The notes below the pieces were generated by a model. It had not been told where the DNA came from. It did no database searches and saw only the letters and a list, made by a program, of their open reading frames with translations. A stretch of DNA of 34,147 nt from an uncultured Gammaproteobacteria bacterium (lineage in GTDB: Bacteria > Pseudomonadota > Gammaproteobacteria > UBA9214), in NCBI GenBank assembly GCA_963773065.1, contig CAVYZN010000010.1, positions 1-34,147 on the forward strand, read 5' to 3'. Within the stretch, counting starts at the first letter, position 1. Every line of letters starts with the position of its first letter. The position numbers and the translations under genes are program-made. Of this stretch, positions 21,269 through 28,887 are shown in pieces.

Positions 21269-23193
21269 GTGCGCCCGTGAAGGCGCGGTATCCGCATGGT
21301 GAAAGTCCATGCCGGGGCAAGCCAAGACCCCGAAGCCGAAGGTAACTGCGTCGCCGCGAGGCGGGGTGGAGAGCAACTGGAGGCGAACTGGCGGTCCGCA
21401 GGGTAACGAACTCGATTCGGCGGGATGCAGCGACGAGCCTGCTCATTCATGGCGAAGTCCGAAACACGCCCGGCACGCTGGTAATGGCGTGCAAAGCGCT
21501 GCCGGGGCGCATCACGTGGTTGGAGGCGGAACGTTGGGAAGGTATCGCGAGATAAGCGGGGAGACCTGCCGTCGAGGTGACGTCGGCAGGGGTCAGAACC
21601 TTCGTAGTACCGAAGGACGGAGCAAGGAAGCCATGGCACAAACCGAGGGAAACCGGAGTTCGAGAGCAGGGGTGCATACCCCGCCTAACGCTTGCCCTGC
21701 CCGTCTGAGAGGTGCGGAAAGCAAAGCCGCTCCGAGGGAAGGGAGGTAGGAAGGTGGATGTGTGAAATCTGGAAAGAGGCAAAGCGTGAGCGCAGCATCG
21801 GTAGTGCCCGCGAGGGCTAAACAAGAAGCGGAAACCCGGGTCCGAGACTGGAGCTGGGTGGACACCACGATCTGGACGGAACGCATGTTGGCGGCGCTGG
21901 ATAACGGCGTCAAAGGAAGCAAATGGTTCAGCCTGATCGACAAAGTCGCGCGGGCGGACACGCTGCGCCAAGCCTGGGAGAAAGTTGCCCGGAACAAAGG
22001 TGTGGCGGGAGTGGACGGGCAAAGCGTGGAGAAGTTTGCCGCGCAGGCGGAGGCTTATCTGAACGAACTGGAAGAAACGTTGAAGCGGGGCAGTTACCGG
22101 CCGCAGCCGGTCAAGCGCGTGGAGATTCCCAAAGGACCGGGGCAAACCCGGCCGCTGGGCATCCCGGCGGTGAAAGACCGCATCGTGCAGACCGCGCTCA
22201 AGCGGGTATGTGAGCCCATCTTCGAGCGGGAATTCCACGACAACAGCTACGGCTTCCGCCCCGGACGCGGATGCAAGGACGCTCTGAGAGAAGTCGACCG
22301 GCTCATCAAGGACGGCTACCCCCACGTAGTGGATGCCGACCTCAAGAGCTACTTCGACAGTATCCCGCATGAACGGCTGCTGGCCCGGGTAGAAGAACGG
22401 ATTAGTGATGGGCGAGTCCTTGACCTGATCCGAGGCTACCTGAGCCAAGACATCCTGCATGGCCTGGTGCGCTGGACACCGACGGGAGGCACGCCGCAAG
22501 GCGCGGTCATCAGCCCGTTACTGGCGAACCTCTACCTGCACCCGCTGGACGGCCTGATGCAAGGCAAGGGGTACCGGATGGTTCGGTATGCCGACGACTT
22601 CGTCATACTTTGCCGGACGGCGGAAGAAGCGAAGGCCGCACTGGAAGAAGTGCATGCCTGGGTGGAAGCTAACGGTCTTGCCCTGCACCCCAACAAGACC
22701 CAAGTGGGCGACTGTCGGGAAACGGGGCAAGGCTTCGACTTCCTGGGCTACCGCTTCGAAGCGGGGCGGCGCTGGGTGCGCAAGAAAAGCCTGAGAGCCA
22801 TACGGGACAAGCTGCGGAGCAGGACCGGACGCACGCGCGGGGAGAGCCTGAGGAGCATGATCGCGGAGATCAACCCGATCCTGAAAGGCTGGTTTGGCTA
22901 CTTCAAGCATGCCCACCCGCTAGAGTTCAAGCGACTGGACGGCTTCATCCGTCGTCGCCTGCGGGCGCTGTTGCGCAAACGGGCGAAGCGGCCGGGAATG
23001 GGGCACTGCCATGCTGATCATGCGCGTTGGCCGAAGGCTTTCTTCGCTGAGCAAGGGCTCTTCACCTTGACCGGAGCCCATGCGCAGGCGAGCCAATCAC
23101 GATGTTGAAACCACCGACTGGAGAGCCGTGTGCGGGAGAACCGCACGCACGGTTCGGAGGGAGGGGAGGGCGCGAGCCCTTCTCTACCCCTAT
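21269..23193 (+). mobile_element. Group II intron, copy 2 (1925 bp, offset 2634 from copy 1)
   Basis: Same GTGCG..CCCCTAT ends. All ORFs wholly internal to the intron have translations identical to copy 1. Confidence 0.95.
21762..23108 (+). CDS. ltrA: Group II intron reverse transcriptase/maturase, copy 2
   Basis: 448-aa translation identical to 19128..20474; YADD motif. Confidence 0.96.
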   Translation: MKSGKRQSVSAASVVPARAKQEAETRVRDWSWVDTTIWTERMLAALDNGVKGSKWFSLIDKVARADTLRQAWEKVARNKGVAGVDGQSVEKFAAQAEAYLNELEETLKRGSYRPQPVKRVEIPKGPGQTRPLGIPAVKDRIVQTALKRVCEPIFEREFHDNSYGFRPGRGCKDALREVDRLIKDGYPHVVDADLKSYFDSIPHERLLARVEERISDGRVLDLIRGYLSQDILHGLVRWTPTGGTPQGAVISPLLANLYLHPLDGLMQGKGYRMVRYADDFVILCRTAEEAKAALEEVHAWVEANGLALHPNKTQVGDCRETGQGFDFLGYRFEAGRRWVRKKSLRAIRDKLRSRTGRTRGESLRSMIAEINPILKGWFGYFKHAHPLEFKRLDGFIRRRLRALLRKRAKRPGMGHCHADHARWPKAFFAEQGLFTLTGAHAQASQSRC

Positions 23194-23266
23194 CAGACTT
23201 AATCAAAGTTCACTTAACACCGCTAATCTGAGAGTTAAATGTAATTATGAAAACGGGGAACAAGAA

Positions 23267-23398
23267 ATGGAATATAAAATAATGCACTTTGTACTACTGG
23301 TTCTCATCCTGTTCCTGTTCTCAAAATTATCCATTGATGCAATAATCTTTGGGGCGCTGGCTATTTATTTGTATCAGACCAAGGTAGAAAAGCCATGA
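23267..23398 (+). CDS. Small hydrophobic protein (43 aa)
   Basis: MEYKIMHFVLLVLILFLFSKLSIDAIIFGALAIYLYQTKVEKP; GGGGAA upstream; AT-rich. Confidence 0.45.
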   Translation: MEYKIMHFVLLVLILFLFSKLSIDAIIFGALAIYLYQTKVEKP

Positions 23399-23490
23399 CT
23401 GGTATGATTGAGTCCTTAGAAGCATTGTATCTGATTTACCTGGTACCACAGATAATCCAGAAGCTAAAGGAAATGAATAAAGATAACTGA
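23395..23490 (+). CDS. Small peptide (31 aa), ATGA-coupled to the previous ORF
   Basis: MTGMIESLEALYLIYLVPQIIQKLKEMNKDN*. Confidence 0.35.
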   Translation: MTGMIESLEALYLIYLVPQIIQKLKEMNKDN

Positions 23491-23565
23491 AATAAACCCA
23501 GACAGAGTCAAGCAGAAGAAGGCGGTATGTGTAATGCTTGCATGCTTTGAAGTGCCGCGCTTTAT

Positions 23566-23948
23566 GTTTGAATGACAGCCCTGATGAAGAGGGGATTAAG
23601 ACCTATGTGATTCACGTTAAGCATCCGTTCACGTATTATTTGTTTGAACGACAGCCCTGATGAAGAAGGGATTAAGACCGGGACTACACACTCGCGTACT
23701 CCTCATCCTTGAACAATTCAGGTTTAAACGACAGCCCTGATGAAGAAGGGATTAAGACGTCTGCATTATTTGCCCAAGGTTAATGTGTTACCGTTGTTTG
23801 AACGACAGCCCTGATGAAGAAGGGATTAAGACCGCAATGCGCTTCATCTATGAAGCCTCCTCGATGTTTGAACGACAGCCCTGATGAAGAAGGGATTAAG
23901 ACTTCGCAGGTAATCGACATCCCATGGTTGCAGTGGTTTGAACGACAG
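23566..23948 (+). CRISPR. Orphan CRISPR array, type III-like 37-bp repeat; 5 full repeats, 1 truncated repeat, 5 spacers
   Basis: GTTTGAACGACAGCCCTGATGAAGAAGGGATTAAGAC at 23566, 23642, 23722, 23796 and 23866; 13-bp partial repeat at 23936. Unique spacers of 39, 43, 37, 33 and 33 nt. CCCT/AGGG hairpin and ATTAAGAC 3' end. Confidence 0.95.
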
Positions 23949-24249
23949 GTTCATCTGGCCTTCGAGGCCGTATCTGATCTCAGCAGGGAGGAGCTAGAGG
24001 GACTTGGACAGCTCATTGCAAGCCAGCAATAACAGGTTCATGTTCGCTCTATTCCGATTCTGACCATTTTCGAACAGTCACGGTGAGAGTCGCATTTGAG
24101 TCGACTCCGCCAATTAGCTAATCGTTGCGGCGGGCGACCCGATCCCCTCGGTAGGCCGGTTCGCCTATGTCGAAGCGTGGTATTGCTGGTTAATGGACCG
24201 GATGGCTGCCGGATCGTCAAGAGGATGTCTAACCGCCTGTGTCACATAC

Positions 24250-24822
24250 TCAATGCAGTCGAAGCGTTGCATAGTCCCCCAGGGCGGTCTCGATATCCTG
24301 GAGACTGGGTCTTTCGGCCAGCGCCGGCGAGTTAAAGGCACCGCCACAGACAAGGGAAAGCACGTCCAGTTGCCGGTCGGAGTGCAGGTACAGGGTGTAG
24401 ATCTTCATCAGCCTGCTCTCGCCATCACCGCCGCCGTCACCTCCCCCGTCCCCGCTCGCCAGATGAAAATCCGCACTTATCGCCACCACGACACCTCCCG
24501 AAGCGACGACATGCACGATGTCGGATGAGACTCTCTCGACAGTGAAGTGGTCGGCATAAATCGTCTGTGGCCGCTCGACCACGTTCCTGACCGTCAGCTC
24601 ACAGTGCGGCCGGTATTCGTTGATCGCCGGTTGCGCCACCCCATCCTGGAAAAACACGCGGGCCATTCCGGGCGGAACAACGACATCCCGGTAAAGTTCA
24701 ACGCTGGCGTTGCGCAGGGGGACGTAGTCGCGGGTTGCCTCGTTCCTGATCAACAGCGGTCCGCATGCAGCGAGTAACCACGCTGCTAACAGTGCGGCGG
24801 CGATGGCACGCCGCCGTCTCAA
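24250..24822 (-). CDS. Hypothetical lipoprotein
   Basis: RRRRAIAAALLAAWLLAAC lipobox; 190-aa open frame. Confidence 0.7.
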   Translation of the reverse strand: MRRRRAIAAALLAAWLLAACGPLLIRNEATRDYVPLRNASVELYRDVVVPPGMARVFFQDGVAQPAINEYRPHCELTVRNVVERPQTIYADHFTVERVSSDIVHVVASGGVVVAISADFHLASGDGGGDGGGDGESRLMKIYTLYLHSDRQLDVLSLVCGGAFNSPALAERPSLQDIETALGDYATLRLH

Positions 24823-25398
24823 GGGTTCATTGCCGCTGCGCGGCGCGATTGTATTGCGATCAACTTCCGAATTTCTCCATCAAGGAAATAACCGGCGGAA
24901 TTAAACGGTAGCCAGGATCATGCTCCCGTACAGTAAAACACGACATGTTTCCTCATCACAACCTACTAGGCGACGACAACGCACAAGAGCCCAATCCCCT
25001 GGCTGGAGCCAGCCATCCGTAATCGAACCCACCATGCTTACAGGCACGAATGACATGAATGCGGGCTTAGGTATCAGCCTAGTACACCTTCATTCGAAGG
25101 CAAGAAAAAATACGCTGCTCCGATGGGCGCCATCAAACCTCCCATTGTTCGCGAGGCCGCTGAACGGCGTGCGCTATATCCGCAAGATCTGGCCGAAACC
25201 GCGCACATAAAGACCGCAGTGTGGGGTTAACTGGAACAGATGAAAATCGGGCAAGCCCCGCGGCCTATTGATGAATCTGCCGAAACTTTGCGTGAAATAC
25301 TCCAGTATTTCTTCGCGAACCGGACTCTCGCGCGGGATGACCGACACATCGCACAGCAGCGTGAGCCGCCGGCGCGCAAACACGATTCTCTGCTGAGT

Positions 25399-25512
25399 CC
25401 TCTTTCTACTGGCTATACCAATTAGTCCCATCAGACCACTGCCGAACAACCAGACGGCAGTGGACAGTGGTGCCGCGCTGACATCGCCCGGGTGCAAGCG
25501 CCAGACATAGAG
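25399..25512 (-). pseudogene. VPLPA-CTERM/PEP-CTERM sorting-signal relic
   Basis: LYVWRLHPGDVSAAPLSTAVWLFGSGLMGLIGIASRKR matches the VPLPAAVWLFGSGLxGLIGxARRK pattern but has no start or N-terminal body of its own. Confidence 0.7.
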
Positions 25513-25522
25513 GGTTCCGTCC

Positions 25523-26152
25523 TCAGTAGGACTCCGGCTGGGCCGTGCCGTAGCGCCACGAGCCATCCGGCTGCAGGCAGGCCGTGCCGTACCCATTTAC
25601 CTGTTTTCCGCCGACCATAATCTTCGTGCTGTACTCCCGCTCCTGCAGGCACGGATTGACCGACGCGGTGTTTGCATACTGGGTCGGCGGGGGCGGCGGC
25701 GCGCTGTTCGCCTGCGGATAATTGCCCTGATCCGCGGTGTTCCTGTGCTGGTAGGCGTTGAGCCCATAGCCGAGAATGCCACCGCCTAGCAAGCCGATCC
25801 ACAGTTTTCGTTGATTGTTATTATTGTTGTTGTGATGGTTATTCTTGCCGCACGTGGAGCACGGGTAGGAGGGATAATAATGGGGATAATAAGGTCCCCT
25901 GCCTGCGTAATGGGGATAATAAGGCCCCCGGCCCGCGTAATGGCCATAGTAGCTGTTGTTGTAATGGGTGTTGTAATGGGTGCTTTGTACATGCGTGTTA
26001 AAGTAATGCTCATTACTCTTGTAGCCACCCTTGTTCCAGCCATGATCATGATCATCATCGCCACCCTCACCGGCCCAGGCAGCACCCGGCACCGCGAGGA
26101 TCATGGCCATGACTGCCGCCAGCGCGGTTGAGGATTTACGCTGCGTGTTCAT
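25523..26152 (-). CDS. Secreted His/Tyr/Asn-rich protein with glycine-zipper helix and 17-kDa surface-antigen-like C-terminus
   Basis: Signal peptide (AWA), HYN repeats, two HYAGRGPYYP units, LWIGLLGGGILGY, CLQEREY..VGGK..YGTACLQPDGSWR. AAGGAGG RBS. Confidence 0.8.
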   Translation of the reverse strand: MNTQRKSSTALAAVMAMILAVPGAAWAGEGGDDDHDHGWNKGGYKSNEHYFNTHVQSTHYNTHYNNSYYGHYAGRGPYYPHYAGRGPYYPHYYPSYPCSTCGKNNHHNNNNNNQRKLWIGLLGGGILGYGLNAYQHRNTADQGNYPQANSAPPPPPTQYANTASVNPCLQEREYSTKIMVGGKQVNGYGTACLQPDGSWRYGTAQPESY

Positions 26153-26186
26153 AATTGCCTCCTTGGTAGTGGATCACGGTTATGTA

Positions 26187-26214
26187 TAACGCGGCGCCCT
26201 GAAAAAGGGTGACA
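26187..26214 (-). promoter_or_regulatory. ECF-sigma-type promoter TGTCACC-N16-CGTTA
   Basis: TGTCACCCTTTTTCAGGGCGCCGCGTTA; same motif and spacing upstream of the paralog at 32678. Confidence 0.6.
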
Positions 26215-26513
26215 ACTCGCCAAACCACATCGACACCGTTTTGCGAAACTTCATCCTGCTGTTTCTAATTCAAAACTTGTCGTACATCCAATTGTAAGAT
26301 CACAGCCACTATAACCTGATGAAAAGTGCGTGGCCGTGTGGACGTCTCCTATCGCGTAAAATGAAACCACTAGATAATCTGGTGGTATATAAAAGAGGGT
26401 TTGGGTGATCTGCGTAATAGGTAGAATTACCAATGGTTGGAATACCCGAGGAAGTTCTGTACGCTCCGCTCAGTACCCGGCTACTTCTCTTAAACCTTTA
26501 CAAGGAGAAATCC

Positions 26514-27011
26514 ATGAGCGGCCGCCACAACCATGCCAGCATCAACGACACCCTGGTCAACTCCCGGATGCTGATCAAATCGGTGGAAGAAATCCTCAAA
26601 CGCGTTCATCTCGACCGCGACCACGACATCCCTTATCTCGCCGGCTACAGTGTCGACCGCTCAAAAATCTATATCGACCGCCACTTGCAGCGGGTCTACC
26701 AGGATCATCTGGGCCGCAATCACGAAGTCGACCGGTTCCTCGTCCTCCATGAAGCCACCGAAAAGGCGATGATCGACACCTGGAACCTGCATTACCAGCA
26801 CGCCCACCAGATCGCCCTTCGCGCCGAGGAAGCGGCGGTGCGCGCGGCCGGACTCGAATGGCGCGAATACGACAACTTCATGCAGCAGTGGATCAAACGG
26901 GCCGACTCCGAAAAAATCACCAAAGTTCCCGCCAATCTTGATCTGACGCCCTACCTCGACGAAAACGACAACGAACTCATCCAAGCCATGCAGCACGCCA
27001 TGGTGCCCTGA
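26514..27011 (+). CDS. Conserved-looking hypothetical protein with putative metal-binding HExxE..H motif
   Basis: AAGGAG RBS; DIPYLAGYS..IYIDRH..FLVLHEATEK..HYQHAHQIA; strong GC3 bias. Confidence 0.7.
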   Translation: MSGRHNHASINDTLVNSRMLIKSVEEILKRVHLDRDHDIPYLAGYSVDRSKIYIDRHLQRVYQDHLGRNHEVDRFLVLHEATEKAMIDTWNLHYQHAHQIALRAEEAAVRAAGLEWREYDNFMQQWIKRADSEKITKVPANLDLTPYLDENDNELIQAMQHAMVP

Positions 27012-27189
27012 TGCCGGCCGATTCCGGTCATCAGTGAATGCTAAACTTCCGGATCGGGGGTGCGCCGAGCGAAGGCGGGGTCAACGTGGAGATTTCCCGC
27101 CCATACTCGATTGGATACCTGAGAGGCAATAGCGGCGGCGTCGCAGGATGCGCCAGTCAACTTCACGGGGGGAATGCGAGTTTTGGAAC

Positions 27190-27267
27190 ACTGCGCTGCT
27201 CGACCGCCTGACCCATCATTGCCATATCATCAAGACCAACAACGAGTGCTATCGCTTCAAAAACCGC
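27190..27267 (+). pseudogene. istB: IS21-family IstB helper ATPase C-terminal relic
   Basis: TALLDRLTHHCHIIKTNNECYRFKNR matches the IstB tail ALLDRLTHHCHIxxTGNESxRFK. Confidence 0.78.
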
Positions 27268-27619
27268 CCCGCTCAGACTCATACCTCGATTGGAATGTAC
27301 TCTATGCCGCAATTCAGGACACTTTCGCTCCGACATCGGGCTTTGAAGCTTAGGGAGAGGTTGGGACCAATCACACGCTGAGATATAACTCAGCCCCCCT
27401 GAATTAACAACAAGTTATAAATTAATCGGACCCCACAAAACTCTCAAGATCTCGCCGGGGTCCCATTGGGGTCCCAGGATTGGGCGGCTGTAGCTTTTAT
27501 TTCCGGCGCGCTTCACCGTGACGGCGTCATGTCCACGGACCCCTGGGCGTCAGTTCTGATAGTATTGCCGTTTCCCCAGTCCCCGGCTGGAAATCGAGAG
27601 GAAAGCATTGATGGTAGTC

Positions 27620-28357
27620 ATGAATCGATTCATTCTCAGGATGCTCTGCGTCGCCACTGCGGTAACGATCATGGCCGCCTGCGCCACCGAGTACAAGGCG
27701 AAACCCCTGCCGTTCCGGCTCCCTACGTCATACCCCAACGCCACCCAGGTCGCCGGCGCCACTGTTGCTGCGCAGGCCTATATGGATCGTTCCGAGGCGC
27801 AGCAGCTGTTCGGGTTCGACATACGCGGCGCGGGCATCACGCCGGTACAAGTGGCGTTCGATAATACCGGCAAGACTCCGCTGAAGATTAATCCGGGCCA
27901 GACGTTTCTTGAGGACAAGGATGGCCAGTTGTGGCCCATTCTGGAGAACCGCTTTGCCTATGAGCGGGTGACCAAGTACGCCCAGACCCATGAGATATTC
28001 AAGGAGGGGGCCTACACGGGGTTCCTGGGTGGCGTCGCGGGTGCCTTGGTGGGAGCAGCGGTGGGCGTCGTCTCCGGCCGGGACGTGGCCGCCAATATCG
28101 GTAAGGGCGCGGCAGTGGGTGCTGCGGGGGGCGCTGTCCTCGGCGGGGCCAGCGGAGCCGAAAGCGCCGATGCGGCACGGCTCAAGGTTATGGATGACTT
28201 TCGCGACAAGTCGCTGGAAAACAAGGCCATCGATCCGGGGGATCTGGCCTACGGATTTTTGTTTTTCCCTGGCGAGGCGCTATCGGCGCAGAAGCTGCGT
28301 TTACAGTTGATCGAGGAGGACACGGGAGAAAGGTATACAGTGAATCTGGCACTTTAA
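27620..28357 (+). CDS. Glycine-zipper lipoprotein
   Basis: Lipobox MAAC; GGVAGALVGAAVG..GKGAAVGAAGGAVLGG; YGFLFFPG. Confidence 0.8.
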   Translation: MNRFILRMLCVATAVTIMAACATEYKAKPLPFRLPTSYPNATQVAGATVAAQAYMDRSEAQQLFGFDIRGAGITPVQVAFDNTGKTPLKINPGQTFLEDKDGQLWPILENRFAYERVTKYAQTHEIFKEGAYTGFLGGVAGALVGAAVGVVSGRDVAANIGKGAAVGAAGGAVLGGASGAESADAARLKVMDDFRDKSLENKAIDPGDLAYGFLFFPGEALSAQKLRLQLIEEDTGERYTVNLAL

Positions 28358-28426
28358 GTACGTAATGTAAATGAAATCCAGTGGCTCGAAGATCACAGCA
28401 GCATCCTTGGGGTTTCGCTGCGATCT

Positions 28427-28887
28427 CTAATAGGAATAGGCTGCGAAAACGTCCTGAAGACAGACTACGTACTGAAGACCGGAAGCGCAAAAGTATAAAA
28501 TCGGCTTTTGATAAGGGTCGTGGACAAAAGGCGCGTTAACACGCATGTCTGGTTTCAGTACATTCTCGCCGTCCAGGCTGAAATGCTGTACGACCGGGTT
28601 GGGTCGACTCTTGCCGTTCAGTCTAATTTGCCCAACGGGGTCCGCGTAAGGCTTGGCCCCTGGCCATATTCTACCCCCGTCAGAAACGAAGCTTGCGTCA
28701 CGAATAAAAACAGCGACCCGAATGCCGCCGTGTGAGGCATCTAATAAAACGAACAGCTTCACATTAAACAAAAGCCAATGTGATCCAAGCGATTGTAAGC
28801 TGCCCGGATTGTTCGCGGGCATACCCAAAGGGCACAAGAGCCCGCACCTACAAGAGGTAGCGCCTCCTGCTCTTCCGCAGGGGTCAT
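28427..28887 (-). CDS. Possible hypothetical protein coupled downstream of the GMC fusion (frameshifted near its 5' end)
   Basis: ATG 28887 overlaps the upstream TGA (AAGGAATTATGA). MTPAEEQEAL is followed by a long open frame to 28427 after a shift. Confidence 0.35.

Noticed and set aside
18549-22499. Duplicated ORFs of 134-350 aa around the RT genes
   Set aside because: They are antisense or overlapping frames of intron RNA domains and the RT, duplicated only because the intron is.
19128-23108. RTs as retron, DGR or dedicated CRISPR RT-Cas1
   Set aside because: Both lie in complete group II ribozymes (GTGCG start, domains V and VI) and have a maturase domain. There is no Cas1 fusion, TR/VR pair or msr-msd.
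23814-24032. 72-aa ORF as a gene
   Set aside because: It starts inside a CRISPR repeat and reads through repeats and spacers. Only the tail may be a real gene remnant.
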